The notes under the pieces are model-generated. The model was not told the origin of the DNA. It saw nothing but the letters and a program-made list of their open reading frames with translations, and did no database searches. The position numbers and the translations under genes were made by a program. DNA of 64,000 nucleotides, filler included, from Jimgerdemannia flammicorona (taxonomy: Eukaryota), in NCBI GenBank assembly GCA_003990765.1. It is 3 parts of 3 records of this genome, joined end to end, with 100 filler letters (N's around TTAATTAATTAA, not from the genome) between each part and the next. Parts side by side here need not be neighbours in the genome. Positions count along the whole stretch, not along the records: positions 21,560 to 43,014 come from RBNJ01001447.1; positions 43,115 to 64,000 come from RBNJ01001573.1; 1 more part is not named here. The stretch is one strand, 5' to 3'. Below, piece by piece: positions 37,900-49,400 of the stretch (positions are counted from its first letter, which is position 1; each line of letters opens with the position of its first letter).

Positions 37900-40800
37900 C
37901 TCTCCCCACTCTGCCTACAGATTTGTTCTACCAAATGACGCCTTCAACCCCCCTTCAACCTCCAACCCAGCCACCAGCCCATCAAGGTGTCTTCCATAAG
38001 GCTATGCCACCTCATCAGCCTGACCTTAGAGCCAAGTTTCCTCCTATCCTCAAAAACAAATAGCCAGTGACTGGCCAGCCCCACCCAAATGGCCAAAGTC
38101 CACCCTAACATTAGCCATTCCTTCCCCACCCCCCTATCCAGTCTACCCCTTAAATCCTCCCAATGCCCCTGCACATCAGCTCTCCTGCACACTACTCCCA
38201 GATGATCCCCAATGTTCTGCCAAAAGGTACTAAGTACCTCACACTCTCCTAGTCAATGTTCAGGCATCTGTATATATCCCCCTTCCTGCCCCACATTATA
38301 ACATTCTTCACAGTCAAAGCAGTCTCCCTCGATAAGGTGACCAGAGCGGAAGTTGAGCATGACATTTCACCTCAGCACATGCCACCAGACCACCCAGTAC
38401 TTCGGCAGCAACCACCTCCTCACCTTGGCACTCCAGGCCCATATGCTATGTCAGTCCTACTCCTCACCGATTCCTACACCCTGCCAACTACTAGGCCACA
38501 GATCCTGGCCTGGTCCCCATTGGTATTCGATCCCATCACCAATGTCAAGCTCAAGTAAGGGAATGCCACCTAGTAACACTCAGTCCCATCACCACATCAC
38601 TGGGTCCCAAGCCTCCTCCCCTTCATTTCCTTGCCACCTAATCACAATGCGGTATGCTCCCTCTACCACTCCCCACCAGAAGTCTTTGTACCATAATTGT
38701 CCAGAGTTCTGAAGGCCCACAAGCGCTAGGAGATCACCTGTCGAACCTCTTAGAGAGGACCTCATCTCCCAGACCTTCTGCAGTAGGGGAACCCAACCAT
38801 CCCCTCTCAACTCCACTGCTCTCTTCAGCCACCAAGCTCTTAAGCAGTGCAGCCTCTTAGGAAAGTCGACCAGCCCAAGTCCCCCACTTGCCACTGGTAA
38901 GAACAAGACCTCCTAGTTGATCTGACTCTGTCTTCCAGGCCAGATCCACCCCTTGGCCAGCTTTATCAATCACTTCATCACCCAAGCTGAGAAGTCCAGA
39001 TGATAAGCCAGATGCCACACCTTCAGCAGCCAATAGACATTCAAAATGGAAACATGTCCTGCCAGAGACAATTGACAGCCTCCCCTGCTCCACAGGGCCT
39101 CCTCCCAAATGCCAACCCACTGCTCCCACCAAAGTCTGGGCAGAACCGACCCATATACTGACAGATAGATACCCAAGTACCATACTGCCTCACCAGCAGG
39201 GACAATTGTACCAATAATCTCCCCACCTACTAGACTATTGCCTAACACCATTGTTTCACACTTATGCCAATTAAGCCTAGCCCCAGAGTTTGTCTCATAC
39301 CACTCCACTGTCTCCTTGAGCTCCTCAACATCTGCAACTAATCCCAGACCGACTACCATGTCATCTGCAAATGCCCCTACTTTCCACCTAATGCCAAAGA
39401 TAGAGAGCCCTACTATCTTCCACCTGATTCTGTCCATGAAGGGCTCCAGAGACAAAGTGTACAAAATGGAGGACAGTGGGTCCACTTGGGGCACCCCCCT
39501 ACCCAGGGGAAATGCTACCCCTCTATGTCCATTACACATGAGTGCCACCCTACTCCCTTCCAGTAGGCTGACCATGGCAGTCCTGAACTGTTGCAGGACC
39601 CCAATCCTGTCCAAAACTTTTGCCAACCAGACCCATCACACTCTGTCATAGGCCTTCTCCTGGTCCAAAAAGACCAGATGCCCATCCAGTCCACTGGCTC
39701 ATGCCCCTTCAATAATGCCATGTACCCATGCTGTACCATCTCTGATGAGCCTGCCTCCAACAAAGCCCCACTGCTCCTCACCCAAGACTTACTGGGCCAT
39801 CTTTTGCAACCTTGTGACCACCACTTTAGTAATCAGCTTTCTGTCCATATCCAGTAGCATAATTGGCCTCCAGTTCTTCCAGTCCTCTCAGCTTCCTTTG
39901 TTCTTATAAAGCAATGTCACTAACCCTAGATCCTGTTCTCCCACCCATCTCCCTATCTGTAGAACCCAATTATACAGTACCATCATCTCTCCCACTATCC
40001 TAGGGACTCCCACCATCCTTTTCCAGAAGTCCCAGGGCAGACCATCCTCTCCAGGTGCTGTACCCAAGGTTGTCGCAACAAGAACCTGGTGGATCTCCTC
40101 CTCTAGCACTGGCAGTACTAAGTCATCCAACCCAGCTACTTGAGTAGGGTACCAATCCTCCAAACCTTGATCAATATCCTCAGCACCTGCCCCATCTTCC
40201 TCCTCACTCCACAATTCACTCCAATGCTCCTTTAACAATCCAAGAATATCTTGTACCCTATGTACCAATGAACCATCAGCATTAAGCACCCCCTCCCATC
40301 TTTGCTGTAACCTTCTCACCTGAAGAGCCCTTGTAAGAAACTTCGAGGGCCGCTCTCCTTCCTCCAGCCCCTGCCAATGAAGCCATACTGCCAGACCCTA
40401 GACCCTTGCCTCTTCCTCATTCTACAGCACCTGTTGCAGTTCAGCCACCTCCATTTATAGCCTTATCGATTGCCAGTTCTCCTCTCCCTCCAATGTTGCC
40501 AGTCTTGCCCAGTCCTCCAAGAGTCTAGATAATCTATGTGATGCCCACCACACCCACCACTTTCTCTGTCTCCCTGCCTCCATACCAGCCTCACTCCAGA
40601 AGGCCCTGGTCATCTCCTTCATCCTCATCCACCAAATATCAACTGTTACACCTCCCTGCCTCCAACACTCCACCTGCATTTGAATGACTTCGGCCCATTT
40701 ACCCCACAGGATCTTATCATCTAGAAGGGAGGAATTGAGATGCCAATGTCCAGGCTCATCCCCACTCCCCCCAAAATGTCCCTGCCCCAAAAGCCCCCAA

Positions 40801-41479
40801 TGATCTGACCAAGGACACCATTCCACCTCCAGTGACTTCCAAACATCCAGGCCCCAGCAGCTGGCTGATAGAATCCAATCAATCCTCATCCCCAGGCCCC
40901 TGGCCCAGTGCATATACACTCTCCTATTCCCCCAACATTCCCTACCCACATCCACCAGAGCACTAAGTCTTTTCACTTCCTCCCATACTGCCAGTCCTCC
41001 ACTCCACCCCACAGCACCTCATCCCCTATCAGTTCTATCCTCAATATGTCTCAGACCATATTGAAGTCCCTGCCGAGCACATCTACCCCAACCTCCACAA
41101 GAATCCCACTCTCCTGTAGGCCTGTCACCCAATTCACCTGCTCACCCCATACTGCAGGGCAGTAACAGGAGCCCACCATGACTGGCTCCCAACCTGCACA
41201 TATCCACTCTCCCCAGACCAATCTATCCCCCCAGTTCTGCACATCCTGTATATCCCCTCTGCCCTTCTGTACCAGAATTCCAACCTTGCCCTTCCAAACT
41301 GCCTCACCTCCCCACTCCTTCGTCCATTCTAGTCTATCCAAGTCATCCTCACACCTGACATCCTGCAAGAGGAAGAGATCAGCCTCCAATCCCTTCAGCC
41401 AAGTAAAAATGTTCCTACATCAATAAGAGCCCTGTAACCCATTCATGTTCAAAGAAAAAATATTGGTTGTACTATTCAT
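37900..41479 (-). pseudogene. LINE ORF2 (APE endonuclease and reverse transcriptase)
   Basis: IFSLNMNGL, DLFLLQD, DFNMV, RIDWIL, WSDH, APGEDGL, RGVPQVDPLS, FADD, YLGI, GGLGLVD. Confidence 0.92.
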
Positions 41480-42400
41480 AAGAGAAATTATATAGTTTCA
41501 GATGTGACCCCTGCTGCTCCATATCCACTTCCTCCTGTGCCCTATCCAGGTTGTGCTCAGCAATAGCTTCTGCTTCCTCAGTCCTCTTAGCCTCCAATTC
41601 AGCCAGGATTTCTGCCATCTCCCCATCCTCCTTTTCCTCAAACTCCTTGCAGTACTCCAAACAAGCCTCCTGCCAGAGCTGCAGTCCATGCCTCTTAGTC
41701 CAACAGTGGGCAGCCCACTCACCTGCCACAACTGCCAGAGCAGCTTCCCTCTCCTTATCTATCTCATACCCCTCCTCCTCCAAGTACACCACCAGAATTT
41801 CTGCCATCAATGCTGCCACCATTCCATCTTCTTGCAGGATCCTTGATCAATGCTCATTGCTCATCACTCGGAGGTCGACTTCCCCCAGCTCTTCTGCTGC
41901 CAAGTTGTTCATCATCTGGCATACCCAGAACAAGTTTCCCACCTCCTTCCCTCCTGGGGTCGCTGGCCTCCCTCCATCCACCATTGTAGTATCCACCCCT
42001 ACACTCACTGACTCATTCCATCCCTCCTCTGGGACATCCACCAATTCCTCTTCCCCAGTCGCCTCTACCAATTTCCCCTTCTCTACATTCAGGACTCCAA
42101 AGTGCACCTGCTGAGCACTGTGCATCAGCACATCCTCCATCACTCTACCTTTCACTGCTGGACCCCTTCTGATAAGGGCAGAGGGAGAAGGTGAATCCTC
42201 CCAGGTTTCCTCCCAAACCTCCAGTATGCCATACTCATATAGATTCTTGCTCGGCACCTTCATGGCCTCCACCTGCCCACCCTCCTCATTCCATCCACTA
42301 CCAGCAGCCCAGACACTCACCTCTGCACCTCTAGCAGTTGCACTATTGCTTGCCTTCCTCATCACCTCTGCCCCCATTTTCACCAACAATTTCCTCTACC
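41472..42400 (-). pseudogene. LINE ORF1 C-terminal part
   Basis: ORFs 41847-42389 and 41472-41822 share a frame; acidic and helical; stop overlaps the ORF2 ATG. Confidence 0.7.
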
Positions 42401-43014
42401 CAGGTCAGTTGGGATACTCTTGCGAGGCCGGTGGTCGTGGGAGGTCTTGGTCTGGTGGACTTCCCTAAGAGGCTGCACTGCTTGAGAGCCTGGTGGTTGA
42501 AGAGAGCAGTGGAATTGCGAGGCGGCGGTTGGGTGCCTCTGCTGCAGAAGGTATGGGAGATGTGTACATCCCCTCGAGGGTCCTCCGGGGATCTGCTCTC
42601 TTTGGTGGGGCTGAATGGCGTTCGGAGGCTGCGGTTCAAGGGGTTCTGGTGGGGAGTGGTTGAGGGTGCACACCGTATTGGCCTGCGCTGGCAGGGCAAT
42701 GAGGGGGAGGCGGCGTGGGGGCCTAAAATGTGGCGTTGGGATAGACTGCTCCTGGGGGGTTCTCCCTTGGCTACATTCGATATTGGGGAGGGAGTGGAGT
42801 GTCAGCAGGGGCTCGGCCAGGATCTTTGGCCGGGTGGCTGGCAGGCAGTTGGGATCGGCGAGGAGTGGGACTGGGTGGGCATCTGGTCTTGGAGTGCTGA
42901 GGTACGGCGATGGCTCCCTCCCAAGTACTGGGTGGTATGGTGGAGATTGTTGCGGAGGAATGTTATGCTGAATTTCCGCTCGGGACATTTGGTGGAGGGT
43001 GGACAATTTGACTG
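42401..43014 (+). mobile_element. Young 5'-truncated LINE piece in opposite orientation
   Basis: Open frame VSWDTLARPVVVGGLGLVDFPKRLHCLRAWWL, homologous to ~38330-38930 (minus); CpGs intact. Confidence 0.88.
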
Positions 43015-43114
43015 NNNNNNNNNNNNNNNNNNNNNNNNNNNNNNNNNNNNNNNNNNNNTTAATTAATTAANNNNNNNNNNNNNNNNNNNNNNNNNNNNNN
43101 NNNNNNNNNNNNNN
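43015..43114. other. Artificial contig spacer
   Basis: 44 N + TTAATTAATTAA + 44 N. Confidence 0.97.
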
Positions 43115-43468
43115 GGACCTGCAGGTAACCTACACTGAGCACTTGACGCCCAAGGTCGGCCGACTCCCTACGTAGCCCGAGACACACCGAGACAACACCT
43201 TGTTGGCGACGGCAAAAGGAAGAAGACGCCGCACCAAAACGGGTACACCCCAGACGCAGCTGAAGGCACCAGAATCCGCGAAAAAGTGGAGGAAGCACCG
43301 ATCCGATACCGATAAAGGGGCAACTCATCACCATTGCCCTCCTCCCACCATGCCCCTGCAGGCACAGCAAACCAACCCGAGGTAGAGGGGGCAATAATAG
43401 GGGAAAGGGGACTCGGAAGGTCGCCTACCAAACCTTGTGACTGGTAAGGTAGCGGAGAAAGGTGCGCT
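43115..43468 (-). mobile_element. Young LINE 5' end abutting a family A LTR
   Basis: CpG-rich homolog of 28437-28800; both copies begin at the same point. Confidence 0.7.
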
Positions 43469-46400
43469 GTAGGTATATTTCTTGAAGTATAGTAGGTAGA
43501 TTTGTTTTTTGCTTTTGGATTTAATTTTAGATTAAGGTTTATTCACTCTTGTCTTTGGGGTATTTTATACAGTTGTAACTATCTGATTGTTATGTGGCTA
43601 ATTATAGATTGCTATTTATGAGGAAGGAGTACTTTTACTATCAGGATAACATTTATTATCAGATATTAGAGTAATATTTATTATCAGTAATGTCTTCTTC
43701 TTTAGCTATTTGGGTTATTTATATAAGTTGATATAGTAGAGTAATTCTGGTTGCCTAGTATATTAGATATGATATATAGCTAAATTATAGTGATTAATTC
43801 AGATAGTGATTTGGTATATTTTTACTGATTTATCACATCAGCTTTCACTAAAGGATGATCTGCCCTCAGACTGTTCTTTAGTTATTATTTAATATTTATA
43901 GGCATTTTCTACATCTATATTAGTATTATTATTATCTTTTATATTTAGATTACTTTATTTTAGTTCTGGGGGGTTTTTTTTTATTCTTTAGGAAATAGGA
44001 TATCTATTTGTTAAAGAATACTTTAGAAGGTCATTTCATTTATCTGATAGATATTAATTAGGTGAAAATAGACTTATATATAATAAATTTTTTTACATTT
44101 TATCTATATAAGATATAGAGTCTCTTTGTGGTTTAAGCATCTTAGAGAGTTATGTCAGCTAGTCTTCTTATGTATAGTTGTTTTTATAATAGTTATCTAT
44201 TAATTATAGAAGGTCTATAGATAGTGGATCTATAGCAATCTCTAGATAATAATAAGGTTTTTTTAGTACTTTTGAATTAATTATATTAGAGTTCCTTCAA
44301 GTTAGTAGAACTGAGATATATAAGAAAATAAACAGAGCTTTGAAGAAGCTAAGAATGAGAGTCTGGAGATACTGGTCAATTCTCTGAATTATTGTATAGA
44401 GATAGTTGATATATATTAGAGTTCTTAGGATATATCTATCTATATCTCTTATATAGATACTAATTTCTTTAATATTATATATAAAGTAAGATTCTTTTTA
44501 TTTAAGCTTCAGTTTGATAGCAAAGTTTATTTTAATCATACTTTTTCAGACTAGTACTTAATCTTCAATCTTGATCTTTTAGTTCTTTTGCCTCTGATCA
44601 TAGTATTTCTATTGCTTTTTCTAAGCCTTAATTTCTGAGCTTGAACTTAATTATATGTATAATTGTTCTGCCTTTTTGAGAAAATCTCCAAGATTCTCAT
44701 AATCAGCAGTTCTGGCTTTCTTGAGATAGTAGAGATATTCTGAATTTTCTATAGAATTTCAAATAAGTAGAGATTTTAGTTAGTAGAATTGACTTGAACA
44801 ATTTCTTTCTTAATGGTCTAATTCATTTATTCTATCATACTATTAGTTTGAAAATAGTATAATATAGTTTATTTGAGATAGATCTTATATTATATTATTG
44901 ATAAATTCTGTATCTTAGTTAGAAATAAGTTCTTATAAAGATCTATATCTAAGTATGAGACTATATATAGAGAAGGTCTACAATAGTCAAGATGTTAACA
45001 ATTTCTATTGGAAAAGTTTCAGACTATTTAGTTAGATATTTTACAAATACTAGAATATATTTATTTCTTCTTAATATAACTGATAAGAGTCTAATAATAT
45101 CTACTCTCTATCTCTAAAAGATATTATCTAATGGTATAATTAGTTATAGTAGTATTTAATGGTTCTTCTTCTCTTAGTACTTCTGATAGATATTATATTT
45201 CTTAAGTATATCTCTGACTTATATTCTGAGGTTTAACTAATATTAGTATATTATTCATTACTTTTCTTCTATATTTATCTGTCTTTGGTGAGCTTTCTAA
45301 TAATATTTTCAGATAAGGTCTTCTTATATTTTAGTAGTCATGAAAGCTTCTTTTTTCTTAGTATATCCTTCTTTTGATTTATTAGAGTTAGTAAAAAATA
45401 ATAAGCTTTTTTACTTTATAAATAATAGTGATTTTATAATTCTATAAGATAAAGATCTAGTAAATAAGAATTCTAATAGATTTCTTATAATTGAATAGCT
45501 ATTTAAGAGCAGTATAGTCAGTTATTAGAGGAAATCTTTTTCTGATAAGCTAATACTTGAACAGAGTAACTGTTCATATAACTGTAAGATATTTTAGTTT
45601 AGTATTATTATAATTGGCTTACTGCTAATTGGTGGCTTGACTTATATAAGCTATCATATAGTATGTACTACTGGTCAGATCCTTCTTAGGCTAGAACTGC
45701 TCTAAGTCTATCTTTAGAAGTATTTATATATAAGATAAATGGCTTCTATAGGTTGGGCTGCATAAGAATCAGTATTATATTATATAGTACTTAAGTTTTT
45801 TGAAAGTTAGTTTTTGTAGTTTCATCTATTTATATGATACTTCTTTCTTGAGAAAAGTTCAGATTAGAATAGCAATTTGAGTAAAATTCTTGATAAATCT
45901 TCTATAGTAAGATATTAATATAAAAAATAATAGTATTTTCTTTTAGATCTTGAATACTGGCCAGTTGTTGATTTTCTCAGTTTTCTTTAGATCTGTATAG
46001 ATTCTTTCTTTTGAAACTATGAATTTAAGAAATTTATGTTTCTGTTTTCCAAAGTAGAATTTCTTGGTATTGAGTCTCAGGTGGTTTTTGTAGATGAGCT
46101 GAAAGAATTCTTTTAGGTAGTATAGATATTCTTTAAAATTTACTAAATAGATATTAGAATTATCTATATATATAATTAGACAGTAGTGAATTAGTGAGCT
46201 AGAGACTGGGTTCATCATTCTCTAAAAGATAGAAGTAAATTACAGAGTTTAAAGAATATTAGAAGATATTTAAATAATTTTTCTAAGATAAGAAAAGCTG
46301 TTTTCTGAATATCTTTTAAGTCTATAGAGATTTTGTAAAATCTTGCAAAAAGATCTATATGCTGAAGTATCTGATATCTTGTAATTGATCTAAGAGGTCA

Positions 46401-49400
46401 TTGATTCTGGGCAAGGGGTAGACATCTTTTTTAGTAATTAAGTTGAGCTTTCTATAGTCTATACAGAGTCTCTATCTTCTTTTCTTGGGTATAATAAGTA
46501 TAGAACTGATATAGAAGCTAGTAGAGGATTAGATAACTCTATTGTCTAAGAGTTTCTAAATATATTCCTTCTTTAATATCTTTATATAATGGGATATTCT
46601 ATAAGGCTTCTGCTGAATAATTGTTATATTTTCTAAATTTATAATATAGTAGTATAATGAGTTATATAGCAGATTGCTATAGTCTATAATAAAGATGTCC
46701 TGGTATTTATAGAGGAGTTCTACTAGTTATTACTATTATGATATCAATTCTTCTCTAATATTAATAGAAGTCTTCACTTTCTTCTAAGTTATAGAGAGGT
46801 CTTTCTTTTTTTCTAGAACCTTTTACTATTTCCTAATAGGTTTAGTTTATAAACCTCTCTGTATATTCAATTGAGTAGGTAGTCTATAATGATTCTTTTT
46901 AATAGAATGAGACTTTCCCAGCTTTTGTTGATTGCTTGAGAGTACATAGAGTTTATTTTATCAAGAAATATATATTCTTTTATATTAAGGTTTTTGATAT
47001 TCTCATTGGATTCAAAGAAGAGATTTTTAGGATTAGGTGATATAAAGATTTCAAAGATGGTCTGCTCTCCTAGTTCTAGAATGAGGTTTTTATATAGCTT
47101 GACTAGTTGGTAGTATACTTACTGAGAAGTATTCTTCTTAAAATGGTTGATCTGAAGGAGGTATACTTCTTTCTTATTTGAGCTTCTAAATCATTCAATT
47201 TGTTTTATGCCTCAAGTTAGTTTGGAGATCTCTTATAGCTGGAGAGTCTTAACTTCTATAAAGATTACTTATATAATCTTTTATTCTTATCAATTCAGTA
47301 CTATTCTATACTATTATTATTTAAGATAATCTTAATTTTACCTATATATCTAAGATCTATTATTTCTCCTTTAATAGTTATTTCTTATCTAGTGAGTCCA
47401 GACCTTAAGGCCAGTTGGATGTAGGTTTCTTTGAGTAATTATATAGCTAGTCTTATACTAAGTACCATTGTTCTTTCAGACTTAATAGATTTATCTTCAA
47501 GACTATAGAGGTTATATTTTGTATACTTTGGTTGAGAGTTTAGTATTAGAATATAGCAAGATATACTAGGTGATATCTTTACTGAGTTTGAGTTATCCTT
47601 AAGCTGAGACTCTAGTAGAGATGAGTCCTTAGGCTCTAAGGTTAAGGTATAGCCATCTGGCTCTGATAGAGGGATCTTAGAGATAATTGATTTTTTTTTT
47701 TTTTTTATAGAATCTAGGGCTTTTATAAAGTTGATGATATCTTCTATCATCCTTAATGAGTTATATATCTGATAAGAACTAGGATATCTTCTCTCAGATT
47801 ATAGATCTTGAGAGTCTTCTTTTTTGATTTCTTGACCTAGTTTCTTCAGATCTGAGCTCTGTTATCTTCTTTCTTAGTATATATATAGTAATATTATGGC
47901 TGAGATAAATCTTCTGATATAGACAGTTTTGACAGTCTGGGTATTTTCTATAATTATAATATTCTATTACTTGAAAATATAGTTCTCAGTTGTTAATTTT
48001 TTTTTGCTATCTTGGAAATCAGTATCTATCTCAATTATAAGTTGGAAGAAGAGTAGCTAAGGACTGTACTTCTGTTCAGATAAAGTGGCTTTATCTATTG
48101 ACTTACTTTTTTAACATTATAGTAGTTTTCTAGAAGATAGTTGTCTGTATAATTATAATCAGAGGTTTTGGTCTACAGTATCTCTATCTTTCTTATTAGT
48201 TCAATAGATGGCACTGATAGCAGTAGTCTTGAGAAGAGTAGAAGATCTTTTAATACTAGTATCTTTCTAGCCAGAAGGCTCTTTTCTGGTATATTTCTTG
48301 TTTTTAGACAATAGTAACTAGGCTTGATCCTTCTTTAGTATTTCAGAGGTCATTCTTCTATAGTATCTAGCAGGAGTCATCTTAGGGAATAAGTTCGGAG
48401 AGCTCTTTCTGTTTAGAAACTTCTTGTTTAGATATTTTTTCTTCAGATAATTCTTGATCCCAGATTGCTTATACTTCTGTAGCTTCAGTTATAGGTGTTT
48501 TCAGAGTATAGTTATATTTTTTCTTCTCCTTCTATACTTAGGGCAGACTGTACCAAGCAAATTCATTATTTCAATAATTTTGGAGGAATGTTCTAGATAC
48601 TTATATCTTTTGAGACAGATAGAGCATCCTTTGATTTATCCTACAATGATCTCAATTGTGATAAAGATAGTATTTTTGCCTTATATATTGTCTTCTGACC
48701 TATTATCTATTAGCTTAATTTATGAATTGAGTCTGGAATCATTTCTGTCTTCATATTCTTCTTCTTCTTTTAGTTAATTCTTACTACTAGTATTCTTTCT
48801 GAATAGTAACCTTCTTCTTTTTATTTAATTAGTCATAGCTGGTTATCTTAATTGTGTTCTTCTTTTCTCTGTAGTCAAATTTGAATACCTGTTGGTCAAT
48901 ATCAATGACTGTATTCATTTCTTTCATTCAGTTGATATTAAGAATTATATTATAGATAATAGTTTTGGTGACAATAGTTTTTGAGATAGAAAACTAAATG
49001 TATCTCAGAGAGATAATGATATTTATACTTCTCTAAGGGGTTGAGTTCAGGCTCTATCTGCTACTATGATACTGAGATTGAATAGTCCATCAGTAGGTCA
49101 CTAGAGAGTATCTAGAAACTATTTAGTAATGATACAGATGACTGCTCCTGTGTCAATGAGAATTTTCACCCTTTGTTCTCCAATATCTTTATATAAGTAT
49201 ATATATATCTTTCTATAGCCTAGTGGTTAGAACTAATTCTTATTATGAGATTGAAACTTAGTCAGTACTAGACCTAGTAGTTCTCAATAGTTTATTTTAA
49301 ATCTCAGCAGATACTAGTTGTAGAAACTATAAGAGAAAGACTTCTATCTTAGCTTCTTAAATATTTTGTCAGACTTTATTATATATAGATATCTCTGAAC

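Larger units (their letters stand above)
37732..42400 (-). mobile_element. L1/Tx1-like LINE (end of ORF1, ORF2, poly(A))
   Basis: Poly-T at 37732-37760; APE endonuclease and non-LTR RT motifs. Confidence 0.93.

Noticed and set aside
41551..42114. 187-aa Ser-rich ORF and similar antisense ORFs in the track
   Set aside because: Shadow frames of TE coding strands with biased composition; no independent support.
42401..43468. Twin-priming 5' inversion of one LINE
   Set aside because: The two pieces lie on different contigs, so their relative orientation is unknown.
1..43468. LINE target preference for family A
   Set aside because: Three junctions fall in family A sequence but at unrelated positions, and other LINE pieces lie elsewhere; family abundance is a sufficient explanation.
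37596..43837. Single LINE inserted into a single family A LTR
   Set aside because: Spans an artificial join. The two LTR pieces resemble different subfamilies, the middle of the LTR is missing, and I saw no TSD.
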